Positions 27,633 to 36,578 of a stretch of 49,463 bases of DNA are shown in pieces. The stretch comes from a virus (lineage: Duplodnaviria > Caudoviricetes). The DNA is taken from IMG/VR virus record IMGVR_UViG_3300030048_000005, positions 1-49,463 of that record. One strand, given 5' to 3'. A program made the translations under genes and the position numbers. The notes below the pieces were generated by a model. The model searched no databases and was not told where the DNA came from. It worked only from the letters and a program-made list of their open reading frames with translations. How positions within the stretch are numbered: position 1 is the first letter of the stretch; the number at the start of each line of letters is the position of its first letter.

Positions 27633-27719
27633 GTCTGAATCAGAATTTACAGGATGATTGAATTTACAGAATAAAAATTGTCTGAATCAGAATTTACAGA
27701 ATTTTAGAATTTACAGAAT
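27631..27719 (+). repeat. Duplicated GAATTTACA-type 9-nt-period repeat block
   Basis: ttgtctgaatcagaatttacag..gaatttacagaat at 27631 and 27678. Confidence 0.85.
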
Positions 27720-27725
27720 AATACC

Positions 27726-27756
27726 ACCCCTAAATCCACTGAAGGGTACTTGAAGA
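27726..27756 (+). repeat. Family B repeat (two mismatches), intergenic
   Basis: acccctaaatccactgaagggtacttgaaga. Confidence 0.85.
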
Positions 27757-27801
27757 GTGCAAAGAATAGAATATGTACAGATTAATAAGAAACATTGAAT
27801 T

Positions 27802-28119
27802 ATGGAAAAAGTAATATGTGATGAATGTAGCAAAATTTTATTTGAAACGTGGAAAACAAGTAAAGTATCAATTGGAATAGAAGCCCAACAAAAGGGGTTT
27901 ATTTACAAAAATGCGTGTTTATTTTCTACTAAATACAGTTCACTAATCTTCTGTAGTGAAGAGTGTAAAAAAGTATTCTATCAAAAAAATATACCAAAAA
28001 CAGAGCAGAACATAAAAATTCAGGAAGTTTTGGAAGATATGAAAAAAGATATTCCAAAAATGGCAAAGGAATGTTGTGAAGGCCTTGACCAAATAAGTAA
28101 GTTTTTGAAACAGAAATGA
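27802..28119 (+). CDS. Hypothetical Cys-rich (Zn-binding) protein
   Basis: CDEC...FCSEEC; 4-nt overlap with terL. Confidence 0.7.
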   Translation: MEKVICDECSKILFETWKTSKVSIGIEAQQKGFIYKNACLFSTKYSSLIFCSEECKKVFYQKNIPKTEQNIKIQEVLEDMKKDIPKMAKECCEGLDQISKFLKQK

Positions 28120-30212
28120 CAACTGAACAGATAATACAAGAGAATGCCCGCAGGAATGCAGATAAGAAGAAAGACTATGATCCGGTATCAGGTCTGAATT
28201 GTTGCGGGGATAGGTTTGTATTACAGGTTGCGGATAAGAACCCACGGACATTTTATATGCCGGTGGAGATGGAAAATCATCCGGCGATACTTATGCTGAA
28301 AAAACATGGAAGCATTGAAAAAGCATTACGTGAAAAGTTGAAGCATAAACCGTCACAGATAGAAATTGATTTTTTTTGGTTGAAAGTATGCGAAGAACGA
28401 TATAAATGGGATTTTGAATTTTATGCAGTAACATGCGAGACAATACCTGACAAAGAAACGGCAGAGTTAGGGCCTTTTATTTTGAACCCGGCACAAAGAA
28501 TGCTTCTAATAATTATAATGGGAGATATAAATGCAGGGATTCAAATACTTTTGCAAATTCTGAAAGCAAAACAAATGGGTTTTTCTACATTGATACAGAT
28601 GATTATGAAATGGATTCAAACCATTCATAGGAAAAACTGGAATAGTGTAGTTTGCGCCCATACAAGAGATGCAGCCATTAATGTAAGGTCGATGTATGAA
28701 AAATCAATTTCAAATATGCCGGCCATAAATGGTGTAAAGTTTAGCATCCGAGGATTTGGAGGAACACAAAACATAAAAGAACTTCCTGAGAGAGGTTGTA
28801 GAATAACTGTAGGATTTGCGACAGAACCCGATAGTGTACGATCGCAAGACGTAAAAATGATTCACTTTTCGGAAGAAGCATTTTATCCATCGACAGAAAA
28901 TAATAATCCGGAGTCATTGGAGGGAACTATTATTTCATCTTCAACAAGTGGTCCATATACCATGATAGCACGTGAAAGTACAGCCAATGGGGTCGGCGAT
29001 TTTTTTTATGAGCAGTATCAAAAAGCAAAAAAAGAAGAAACAGCATACAGAGCCATATTTGCACCATGGTTTATGCTGAAAATGTATGAAATAACTTTCG
29101 ACGGTAGTTATTACATGCATAATGGCCGAAAGAAAAAGGGAACGGTAGCCGAGTTCATTTCTACAATGACAGATTATGAATGGAACATATACAATAATAA
29201 TTCAAAAATAAAAATTTGTACCCTTGAAAATTTGAACTGGAGACGAATGAAGGCAGCCACTATGCCGAGCGAAAGCAAGATGAAGCAAGAGTACCCCAGT
29301 GATGATATAGAAGCGTTTCAAGATTCAGGTAGTCCGGTATTTAAAGCCGATGATATTGAGAAACTTCGTCCGGATTGTTGCCCACCGGTGGCAGTTGGTA
29401 CCATGAGTTCGAAATGTGCACCCGAAATAGCCGTAGTAGAACAAAAGCGCCGAAAAGAAATATTACAAGAAGTAAACTTTGTAGAAGATACGGAAGCCAC
29501 CAACTTTGTGTTGAATGGTGATCAGAAGCTACGTTTCCACAAAGGCGTGAATAAACTGCATGTATGGGAATACCCGGACACAGTTCAGAAAATAAGTAAC
29601 AGGTATGTAGTAGTATTCGATCCACAGCGCGGAACAAGCGAAGGAGCTGACTACGGTGTGATAAAAGTTTTTGATAGATACTGGATGATGTACGGCGAAA
29701 AACCGTACGTTGTGGCTTTATTCTACGGGCATATTGACAAGGATATTACTATCTGGATAGCTGCACAGATAGCCAAGTATTACAATAATGCATTGTTGGT
29801 AGTAGAAAGTAATACCTACGACAGTACAGCAGATGGAGACGAAACGGAATTTATCTTCGATACCATAGCAGAGTACTACAATAATATGTACAGCAGAACG
29901 CCGGCTGACAAGATACGCGAAGGTGCGCCCATAAAATACGGTTTTAATACCAATAAGAGTACCAAGCCAATGGTAATTAATAACTACATAGCCATTTTGC
30001 GTGAGCAGGGATATGTAGAGCGAGACGAAGAAACATTGAATGAAGCACGAACCTTTGAGACAAAGAAAGACGGTAAGACAGGCGCAAAACAAGGAAAACA
30101 CGATGACCGGATTATGGCCACTATGATAGGATTGTATATTTGCTATGAATTACCTATTCCGGCAAAAATAAAAGTAGTGAGTGGAGTGAAGAGTAAGAAA
30201 ATGGCGTGGTAA
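28116..30212 (+). CDS. terL: Terminase large subunit
   Basis: LNPAQ, LKAKQMGFST (Walker A), IHFSEEAF (Walker B), ESTANG, VVVFDP, VVESN, HDDRIMA. Confidence 0.9.
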   Translation: MTTEQIIQENARRNADKKKDYDPVSGLNCCGDRFVLQVADKNPRTFYMPVEMENHPAILMLKKHGSIEKALREKLKHKPSQIEIDFFWLKVCEERYKWDFEFYAVTCETIPDKETAELGPFILNPAQRMLLIIIMGDINAGIQILLQILKAKQMGFSTLIQMIMKWIQTIHRKNWNSVVCAHTRDAAINVRSMYEKSISNMPAINGVKFSIRGFGGTQNIKELPERGCRITVGFATEPDSVRSQDVKMIHFSEEAFYPSTENNNPESLEGTIISSSTSGPYTMIARESTANGVGDFFYEQYQKAKKEETAYRAIFAPWFMLKMYEITFDGSYYMHNGRKKKGTVAEFISTMTDYEWNIYNNNSKIKICTLENLNWRRMKAATMPSESKMKQEYPSDDIEAFQDSGSPVFKADDIEKLRPDCCPPVAVGTMSSKCAPEIAVVEQKRRKEILQEVNFVEDTEATNFVLNGDQKLRFHKGVNKLHVWEYPDTVQKISNRYVVVFDPQRGTSEGADYGVIKVFDRYWMMYGEKPYVVALFYGHIDKDITIWIAAQIAKYYNNALLVVESNTYDSTADGDETEFIFDTIAEYYNNMYSRTPADKIREGAPIKYGFNTNKSTKPMVINNYIAILREQGYVERDEETLNEARTFETKKDGKTGAKQGKHDDRIMATMIGLYICYELPIPAKIKVVSGVKSKKMAW

Positions 30213-30214
30213 TG

Positions 30215-30234
30215 CTTCGGCAAGCTCAGCAACC
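30215..30234 (+). repeat. Family A unit directly after the terL stop codon
   Basis: TAA-tg-cttcggcaagctcagcaacc, followed by (agtgtaa)-type heptamers at ~30242-30264. Confidence 0.9.
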
Positions 30235-30267
30235 TATTTGATAGTGTAAAGTGTATAGTGTAAAAAA

Positions 30268-30296
30268 GAAAAGCAACGTGATTACGTTGCTTTTTT
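30268..30296. terminator. Bidirectional terminator
   Basis: aaaaagcaacgt-gatt-acgttgctttttt. Confidence 0.85.
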
Positions 30297-30384
30297 GTTA
30301 TAAGGAATAAGTATGTTTACTCTGCTTCTATAAAATTTATATTTTTGATATCTTCGAATATACTATTTACTTCATTATAATTGC

Positions 30385-30609
30385 CTACAACAATAGTATC
30401 AAAATATTTTTGAATATTCTGAACTTCTTCAACAAATAAATCATAGTCATTGATTTTTTGATATTAATACAGTAAGGTTGTTCTCCAATAACTCTTTTGA
30501 AAAGAGCATATACACATACCGGTTTATCTAAAATATCAATAGATAAAATAAAATCATAAGGTTTTAACTCAGGAATATTTTTGAAAACAAAATTATCTTT
30601 TTCTTGCAT
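30385..30609 (-). CDS. Hypothetical AT-rich ORF
   Basis: 74 aa downstream of the integrase; weak support. Confidence 0.35.
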   Translation of the reverse strand: MQEKDNFVFKNIPELKPYDFILSIDILDKPVCVYALFKRVIGEQPYCINIKKSMTMIYLLKKFRIFKNILILLL

Positions 30610-30665
30610 AATAATATTGATTAAATTGTAGTTTTTACGCTACAAAGAAAAACAAATAAATTGAA

Positions 30666-31934
30666 TTATTCAGTTTTAGGAGTAGAATTTTTCTTTTTCT
30701 CCACTTTGAAAAGATGATCGATCACCTTTCTGTTGGCTTCAGATATCTTTTTTATGTTGCGGTTTACATAGGTTGCAGACATACCTTTTATTTTACGCCC
30801 CTGTGAGATTTCAATGATAGGATCAGGAATATCCAGTTCGCCGGCAATAGTTGCCCACGAGTGACGCCCCCAGTAAGCGGTAATGAATGGTAGAACAAAT
30901 TTTATGTTTGTATTCATACGCCTTTCAACATTTTTATAATCGTCGGTAGAATAAGTGTCCATAAAATCGAGTAAGTATTTTTTACCGGGGTAACGACTTA
31001 TTATTTCCTGAGCTTCCGGTTCAATACGAATAATAATAGGTTCGTCGGTTTTAGCACGAAGTATGGATAACTGACCACCCCTGATATCGGATTTTTTCAA
31101 AAATAGCAAATCTTTCAGGTTTAGGCCACACAAGTAGAAGGATAGAAAAAATAGATCGACGTAGCGTTTTACGTTTGGAAATTCAGAAGTATATTTATTT
31201 GCATTTTCTTTCAGGTCGGCATAAAACATTTCATAGTCGAAATTCAGCATATAGCGTAAATCCTTCAAAGTGATATTTCTATGTTTCGTATTAGCTTCTT
31301 TAATTTTGAACTTACGGAATGGATATTTATCCGGACTAATTAAATCACGATCGATAGCATCATTGAAAATAGTACGAATGGCACGAAGGTAATTTCCCTT
31401 TCCATTAGTAGACATACCCGTTTGATCGCAAAAAATTTCAAAATCTTTCAACCACCCCACAGTGATATCCGAAATAAATATATTTTGGATTTCACAAAAT
31501 GCTTCCACTTTTTTGAGCATAAGCCGGTACTGATCGGCCGAAGACTTGGAAGTATATTTTTTTAAGTGGTTTTCGGTGTAGGTTTTGAAATGCAGTTTCA
31601 TGCGGTCCACCTTATCCAGTTCATCATATCCATCAGCACCCGATTCGATAAAACGTTTTATTTCGGTACCGGTTTGGAATTTCGTTTTGAGTAGTCCACG
31701 CATTTGCAGATCCTCGAGCACATTTTGTGTATATTCCAGTTTTTGGGATATGATGTAATTCATCATAGTGGCCTTTGGTAAGCCAATGATTTTACCCAGA
31801 AGGAAATTTTCCTGCGGAACATCAATACCGGTATTTACATAAAAGGCCTGGTTCTTGAAGTTGAACCTGATTTTTACGGAGAATTTGCCATTCGCTTTCG
31901 CCCGGCGTGTTTCTAGTATGACGGCTAATTTCAT
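30666..31934 (-). CDS. int: Tyrosine integrase (Bacteroidetes type with Arm-binding and SAM-like domains); start re-called at 31934
   Basis: N-terminal VKIRF..YVNTGI, YLRAIRTIFNDA, FYLCGLNLKD, RAKT, YWGRHSWATIA, MSATYV. Confidence 0.9.
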   Translation of the reverse strand: MKLAVILETRRAKANGKFSVKIRFNFKNQAFYVNTGIDVPQENFLLGKIIGLPKATMMNYIISQKLEYTQNVLEDLQMRGLLKTKFQTGTEIKRFIESGADGYDELDKVDRMKLHFKTYTENHLKKYTSKSSADQYRLMLKKVEAFCEIQNIFISDITVGWLKDFEIFCDQTGMSTNGKGNYLRAIRTIFNDAIDRDLISPDKYPFRKFKIKEANTKHRNITLKDLRYMLNFDYEMFYADLKENANKYTSEFPNVKRYVDLFFLSFYLCGLNLKDLLFLKKSDIRGGQLSILRAKTDEPIIIRIEPEAQEIISRYPGKKYLLDFMDTYSTDDYKNVERRMNTNIKFVLPFITAYWGRHSWATIAGELDIPDPIIEISQGRKIKGMSATYVNRNIKKISEANRKVIDHLFKVEKKKNSTPKTE

Positions 31935-31978
31935 GCTTATTGCTTCAGGATAACCGGATGAAGATAAAGATACTTTTT

Positions 31979-32320
31979 GAAAATCGTACAATTGATTTGT
32001 CGCATTTTGTCGCAAATTGTCAGTGTTTGCCAATTCGTTTTGAAAATTTCTTGTACATAGTTGTTTTTTGGACATAAAAAATAAGTGGTTTAAAGTTGGA
32101 ATTAAAAATTCTAATCAACTGTAAACCACTTATATAAACTACGTTTTTCAACTTGTCGGGGTAGCGGGATTCGAACCCACGACCCCCTGCTCCCAAAGCA
32201 GATATATAAGGATTTAGTATGTTGATTGTAAGATAAATACTACATATAGTATTTGTTTTGTACAGAAAATCGTACAATAGTATTATTGAAAATGTGCTGT
32301 CTTGAAAATTCCTTGTACAT
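31979..32320. promoter_or_regulatory. attP region with candidate arm-type repeats
   Basis: gaaaatcgtacaat at 31979 and 32265 (identical); ttgaaaatt(t/c)cttgtacat at 32040 and 32302; tttgtcgca at 31996 and 32006. Confidence 0.7.
32156..32202 (-). other. attP core: 3' half of tRNA-Pro(TGG), from the anticodon arm to the acceptor end
   Basis: Minus strand tctgc-tttggga-gcagg-gggtc-gtgggttcgaatcccgc-taccccga; no D-arm or 5' acceptor strand; adjacent to the integrase. Confidence 0.9.
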
Positions 32321-32628
32321 TATTTGCTTAGGATTTTGTTCAGTAATTTGGTTTGTGCGCTGAGCTGTTTGTTCATTTCAGAGAGTTGTTTCTGTAAAGA
32401 TTGCTCAATTTGCTGTCCGGATTGATCTTCTCCAAACAGAAAACCTACAGTAACATTGAAGTAAATTGCTGTTTTTTCGATTTTATCTGAAGGCATAAAT
32501 GTAACCTCATTTAGATAATCATCCAACGTGCTGCGAGAAACGACAAGATAAGCAGCAAAATTGGTTTTACTTGTTTTCCGATCCCGGATTAGTTTTTCAA
32601 GATTTTTTCCAAACATATGTTTATACAT
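32320..32628 (-). CDS. XRE-family HTH regulator
   Basis: FGKNLEKL..FAAYLVVSRSTLDDYL..IEKTAIYFNVTVGFLFG. Confidence 0.85.
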   Translation of the reverse strand: MYKHMFGKNLEKLIRDRKTSKTNFAAYLVVSRSTLDDYLNEVTFMPSDKIEKTAIYFNVTVGFLFGEDQSGQQIEQSLQKQLSEMNKQLSAQTKLLNKILSK

Positions 32629-32631
32629 TAA

Positions 32632-33015
32632 TTATTGTAATATTTCTATTTTGGGAGTATTATTCCACAAAACATAAATAAATATCAATTCGCTTAAAAT
32701 AAGTAGAACTACAGGAATAAATGACATTGAAAAATAGATTGATATAATGCTAAGTATTAATACAAATGAAAAATGAAAAGATACCATTATTCTGACTGAA
32801 TAATTTTTGTCTTTATCATGATAAGATTTTGTTACAATTTTTAAAATAATGTATATAAAAAAAGCAAAACAAGATTCAAATATGCATAGATACTTGAATA
32901 ATTCGCCAATCTCTGAAACGATATATGTTGATGTTTCTTTTTGATATAAAAATGCAGATCCTATAACTAAAAAAAATCCCAATATCGTCAGAGGAAAGTC
33001 CAATTTTGATTTCAT
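32632..33015 (-). CDS. Small 4-TM membrane protein (possible superinfection exclusion)
   Basis: Four hydrophobic segments; AT-rich; in the repressor operon. Confidence 0.6.
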   Translation of the reverse strand: MKSKLDFPLTILGFFLVIGSAFLYQKETSTYIVSEIGELFKYLCIFESCFAFFIYIILKIVTKSYHDKDKNYSVRIMVSFHFSFVLILSIISIYFSMSFIPVVLLILSELIFIYVLWNNTPKIEILQ

Positions 33016-33039
33016 GTTATTAAAACTTTAAATTTACAA

Positions 33040-33456
33040 TTACATTTTTTTTACACACACACTTCCAGACAATAATGCATCTATCATTTCCTGCTTTTTA
33101 TCCAACTCTTTTTTGAACCACTCGATATCATTCCTTTGGTCATGATTCTGTTTTTGTAATTCTTCAATAATTTGCATTTGACTCTTATCTGGCTTTTTGT
33201 ACTCAGTTGGTAAATCAGCAACAGATGAATGAATTTTATTGCTCTTAAGCATTTCACCTTCATCCAAAAAAAGCCAATTAGCGTCTAATTCTGGGTAGGT
33301 ATATAGAATTTTTGATATATTATCCTGAGATAAGGACCCTCTTTTGCGAGCTTTACCAATCAATCCGTTAGAAATGCCGACTTCTACAGTAAGTTTATTG
33401 TCATTTAAACCCTTGTATTCCATGAATTTGTCTAGTCTATCAAAAAAATATATCAT
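33040..33456 (-). CDS. CI-like phage repressor (HTH plus coiled coil)
   Basis: DRLDKFMEYKGL..VGISNGLIGK..ISKILYTYPELDANWL..GEM; divergent from the early operon. Confidence 0.8.
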   Translation of the reverse strand: MIYFFDRLDKFMEYKGLNDNKLTVEVGISNGLIGKARKRGSLSQDNISKILYTYPELDANWLFLDEGEMLKSNKIHSSVADLPTEYKKPDKSQMQIIEELQKQNHDQRNDIEWFKKELDKKQEMIDALLSGSVCVKKM

Positions 33457-33500
33457 TTTTTCTATATATTATTTGGTTAGTATATCAATATTTCTATATA
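33300..33500. promoter_or_regulatory. Three 20-bp operator-like sites TATATCA-N4-TTCTATATA
   Basis: 33449-33468 (+), 33481-33500 (+), 33300-33319 (-, inside the repressor gene). Confidence 0.75.
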
Positions 33501-33504
33501 TTTG
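33472..33504 (+). promoter_or_regulatory. Bacteroidetes-type promoter for the rightward early operon
   Basis: -33 TTTG (33472-33475), 21-nt spacer, -7 TATATTTG (33497-33504). Confidence 0.75.
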
Positions 33505-33664
33505 CACCATATAATTATAACTAATAACAAAACTTATACAGCATAAGTTTATCAACAGGATTTAAATTAAAAAAAATATATAAGTGTCTATCTGGTATGA
33601 GAAACATATAAATAGCACTAATAATACAACTTACAACGCTAAATAATTTACAAAAATACAAAAA

Positions 33665-33922
33665 ATGAGCATAACTACAACACAAAGAGTAAAAATAGTG
33701 AGTAAGCCATCACTATCAAACACCTTAAAATCAATAGAAATAGGTGTTCCAACGCTATTTAGCACAAATCAATTTAAGGTTCAATTAGCTCGTGTGGCTG
33801 CTTCTGAACTGAAAAGAAAAGAAGGATATGAATTTACTGTATCAGAGGACGGTATGGTAGATGAGTATATAGTGACCTGTTTGGCCAAGCCAAAACCTAA
33901 AGTAAAGAAACAGCTACCATGA
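33665..33922 (+). CDS. First early gene (Cro position), small basic protein
   Basis: 85 aa, divergent from the repressor. Confidence 0.7.
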   Translation: MSITTTQRVKIVSKPSLSNTLKSIEIGVPTLFSTNQFKVQLARVAASELKRKEGYEFTVSEDGMVDEYIVTCLAKPKPKVKKQLP

Positions 33923-34122
33923 AAGACTTCAAAGCAACTCTTTGGGCAATAGTTGACAAAAATGAAAATGTTTACTACAGCACTTTATAAAGAGTAAAAA
34001 AAGAGTGTATAGGTAATTTCATTAGTGGAACTTCACTTACCTGGGAAGAAACAAAAAAATACGGTTGGAAGTGCATTAAGGTTGATGTACAGATACAATC
34101 GGCTAGTAATAAACAGAATTAA
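33919..34122 (+). pseudogene. Small gene interrupted by an in-frame TAA (33988-33990)
   Basis: ATGA-coupled start; MKDFKATLWAIVDKNENVYYSTL*RVKKECIGNFISGTSLTWEETKKYGWKCIKVDVQIQSASNKQN*. Confidence 0.6.
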
Positions 34123-34132
34123 TACTACTCAC

Positions 34133-34408
34133 ATGGAAATAACCACCATACAACAACGTACTTATACGCTATTTGGCAAGGAGGTAGAGCCTGGAACATT
34201 ACTCTACTCGCTATGCGATAAGTACTACGCGAAATTCGGGATGTTGGAAAAAGACATAGAAACCGAAAAGGACAACGAACGGCGCAACCTAATGCGCGAT
34301 ATTGAAGAAGGCGTATGGTTTTGCGAATTCAGAAGCGATGATGTTAACCTACGACGTGAAGTGATGCTTGAGAACTTTTATGAAACCGCACAAGAATTAC
34401 CGATATGA
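34133..34408 (+). CDS. Hypothetical protein (start re-called at 34133)
   Basis: ATG after an A-rich leader; coupled to the next gene. Confidence 0.65.
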   Translation: MEITTIQQRTYTLFGKEVEPGTLLYSLCDKYYAKFGMLEKDIETEKDNERRNLMRDIEEGVWFCEFRSDDVNLRREVMLENFYETAQELPI

Positions 34409-34602
34409 TAGCTACACCCCCAGAAGTTGAACCAGTAAGTAGGTATTCGATAGCTGATACCGCAATAAAACTTGGAGTAAGTAAGCGAACAATAGAGCGA
34501 TACATTAAAGCCGGAACGCTAAAAGCTCAATATAGGAAAGCAAATAAAAAACCATTTGTAACAGGATTGGAAATAGTGAAAGCATGGCAAGCAACTTATT
34601 AA
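34405..34602 (+). CDS. Excisionase-like HTH protein
   Basis: YSIADTAIKLGVSKRTIERYIKAGTLKA. Confidence 0.8.
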   Translation: MIATPPEVEPVSRYSIADTAIKLGVSKRTIERYIKAGTLKAQYRKANKKPFVTGLEIVKAWQATY

Positions 34603-34609
34603 ACTCATG

Positions 34610-34668
34610 CTTCGAATCCGCTTACTTCGACTACGCTCAGTAACCAGACTTCGACAAGATCAGCGACC
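34610..34668 (+). repeat. Family A cluster (degenerate unit at 34610, A2 at 34625, A at 34649), intergenic
   Basis: cttcgactacgctcagtaacc-aga-cttcgacaagatcagcgacc. Confidence 0.85.
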
Positions 34669-34696
34669 GAACCACTACAAACTAAATAATCATATT

Positions 34697-34954
34697 ATGG
34701 GAGATCTATTTTCAACTACAGAACCCGCAAAGCCAAAGAAGAAAATATTCTACAAAGGCAAAGGCGGTAAGTTTTCGGACAAAGAAACAGCCCGAATAAC
34801 GGCAATAGAAGCAGAAAATGCCAGACTGAAAGTAAGTAATGAATACCATAAACGGCAATCTGAACGACTAGCCGGAGATTACCGAGAAGAACATGCTAAA
34901 AGACTTGAACTGGAAGCAGAAGTAAAATTGCTTAGAATGCAATCAGTAAACTAA
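34697..34954 (+). CDS. Hypothetical coiled-coil protein (start re-called at 34697)
   Basis: MGDLFS..KGKGGKF; the upstream extension in the ORF track is repeat-derived. Confidence 0.65.
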   Translation: MGDLFSTTEPAKPKKKIFYKGKGGKFSDKETARITAIEAENARLKVSNEYHKRQSERLAGDYREEHAKRLELEAEVKLLRMQSVN

Positions 34955-34956
34955 TA

Positions 34957-34977
34957 CTTCGACTACGCTCAGTAACC
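34957..34977 (+). repeat. Family A2 unit directly after a stop codon
   Basis: TAA-ta-cttcgactacgctcagtaacc. Confidence 0.9.
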
Positions 34978-34996
34978 ATAGTAACATAGAATAGTT

Positions 34997-35374
34997 ATGG
35001 CACAACAACAATCATCAGCAACACGCGCAGCGAAATGGCAACGGCCGGAACGAACGGTGGAGGACATGAATAAGATATGTGGTGATGCATTCCGCGCATT
35101 GAAGATACTACCGCATTGGAAGTTTAAGGAATATGCCCGTACTACATTGCCCACCGAGGAACGAATGGACATACAAAGCATTTCGGCCATATTCATAGAT
35201 AAGCAAACAAGCGGTATGAACCTGAAGCATTACCGTGTAAACTTCCACACGTACAGCGAACGATTAAGCATCGTAGAAATAACTTTTAAAGACTCTGGTA
35301 AGCCAAGTTACAGTTGTCTGAAAAGCAATAAAACACCGGAACAAATGAATGAATTTTTCAAAACACTTTATTGA
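34997..35374 (+). CDS. Hypothetical protein
   Basis: 125-aa ORF in the operon. Confidence 0.7.
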   Translation: MAQQQSSATRAAKWQRPERTVEDMNKICGDAFRALKILPHWKFKEYARTTLPTEERMDIQSISAIFIDKQTSGMNLKHYRVNFHTYSERLSIVEITFKDSGKPSYSCLKSNKTPEQMNEFFKTLY

Positions 35375-35375
35375 T

Positions 35376-35468
35376 ATGACACTTAAAGATAAAATCAAAT
35401 TTACCACTCTTACGCTAATGACTGTCGGGCTTTTTATCCTGTTAGTAGTAGTATTTATGGTGGGGTGA
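35376..35468 (+). CDS. 30-aa single-TM peptide (not in the ORF track)
   Basis: MTLKDKIKFTTLTLMTVGLFILLVVVFMVG; ATG 1 nt after the upstream stop. Confidence 0.5.
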   Translation: MTLKDKIKFTTLTLMTVGLFILLVVVFMVG

Positions 35469-35502
35469 AATAATACTAATCAAAAAAAACTACTCAATCA
35501 GT

Positions 35503-36003
35503 ATGAAAACAATCGAGATTACAGACGAAATGCATGCAGCATTAATGGAAATTTCAAAGGAGTTGAACACACAGGATAATTTGTGTACTGCAATGCCTTA
35601 TATCTTTCAAATTATGACAGAACATCAGATAGCTGTTCCGGAAGGAAATGGAACACAAGCCTGGTTCTATGATGGAAGTCTTATCGAAAAAGAAGATGAG
35701 ATAACTGAAGCTATCTATGACTACAAGGATGGTAGCATGTCAAAGAAAAAAATCAAGGAACTGGATGAATATGATCGGGATGAGTTGATGGAAAAGATAG
35801 GCTACCAAAAAGTGTATTACGACTACGAGAAAAAGTGTGAAAATGCATTTTTTACAAAGAAAGGAGCTGAGCATCATATCAAAATAAACGGTCATAACCT
35901 GAGTAACCCACAAATTTATTTGAACCATGCTTTCAGAAATGCTGAAATGGAATTGGTGATGAGTTTTTTGTGTGAGTTAAGTGGCGGTAAAATTCATAAA
36001 TAA
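35503..36003 (+). CDS. Hypothetical phage protein
   Basis: ELNTQDNLCTAMP..AFFTKKGAEHHIKINGHNL. Confidence 0.75.
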   Translation: MKTIEITDEMHAALMEISKELNTQDNLCTAMPYIFQIMTEHQIAVPEGNGTQAWFYDGSLIEKEDEITEAIYDYKDGSMSKKKIKELDEYDRDELMEKIGYQKVYYDYEKKCENAFFTKKGAEHHIKINGHNLSNPQIYLNHAFRNAEMELVMSFLCELSGGKIHK

Positions 36004-36011
36004 GCGGGGTT

Positions 36012-36578
36012 ATGAAAGAAGCAAAGATAAAAACACATGTGCTTTGGATTTCTCCGAAGTTTCCACATGATCATCCGAGAAAGGGAGAACCTACCTATTT
36101 CGTAGAGAGAATACAACTTGCTCTTAATCTTTTAGTACAAATGCCTGGTGATTTACTTATTGACTTAGAACCAAAACTTCATACATGCAGGGCTGACTCT
36201 AAAAACAGCAAAAAGAAGAAAGGAGCTTATGAAGAATGGAAGCGAAAAATTGATGAAGTAAATCGTGGTGAAGCGATACTTTCAGTACGAATGTGGTCGG
36301 GAAGTGCTTACAATAGACTACACGATGGAAGTAAGCCGGTAGAGATTGCTCAGTTTGATAAGGATTCAGGTTGCGGTGTACAGAAATTGGAATTTTATGA
36401 AGATAAAGATGAAATACCATCGATTAAATACCCAATAATAAATAATTTTTCTGAACCAAAAATAGAAGATATTGCAGAAAATGACGGCTTATCACTACAT
36501 GACTTTAAAGCATGGTTCAGAAAAGCTGACTTATCAAAACCAGTTGCAATTATACAATTCACGAAATTCAGATACTAA
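36012..36578 (+). CDS. Phage protein, possibly ASCH/PUA-like
   Basis: FPHDHPRKGEPTYF..KLHTCR..LSVRMWSG..IAENDGLSLHDFKAWF. Confidence 0.65.
   Translation: MKEAKIKTHVLWISPKFPHDHPRKGEPTYFVERIQLALNLLVQMPGDLLIDLEPKLHTCRADSKNSKKKKGAYEEWKRKIDEVNRGEAILSVRMWSGSAYNRLHDGSKPVEIAQFDKDSGCGVQKLEFYEDKDEIPSIKYPIINNFSEPKIEDIAENDGLSLHDFKAWFRKADLSKPVAIIQFTKFRY

Noticed and set aside
32156-32230. Functional tRNA-Pro gene
   Set aside because: Only the anticodon arm, T arm and 3' acceptor strand are present; no D-arm or 5' strand
32020-32277. 85-aa ORF over attP and the 47-aa N-terminal extension of the integrase
   Set aside because: Both overlap the tRNA fragment or arm repeats; the integrase domain begins at Met 31934
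33988-33990. Stop-codon reassignment
   Set aside because: Single case; TAA, TAG and TGA all end well-formed genes elsewhere and coding density is high under the standard code
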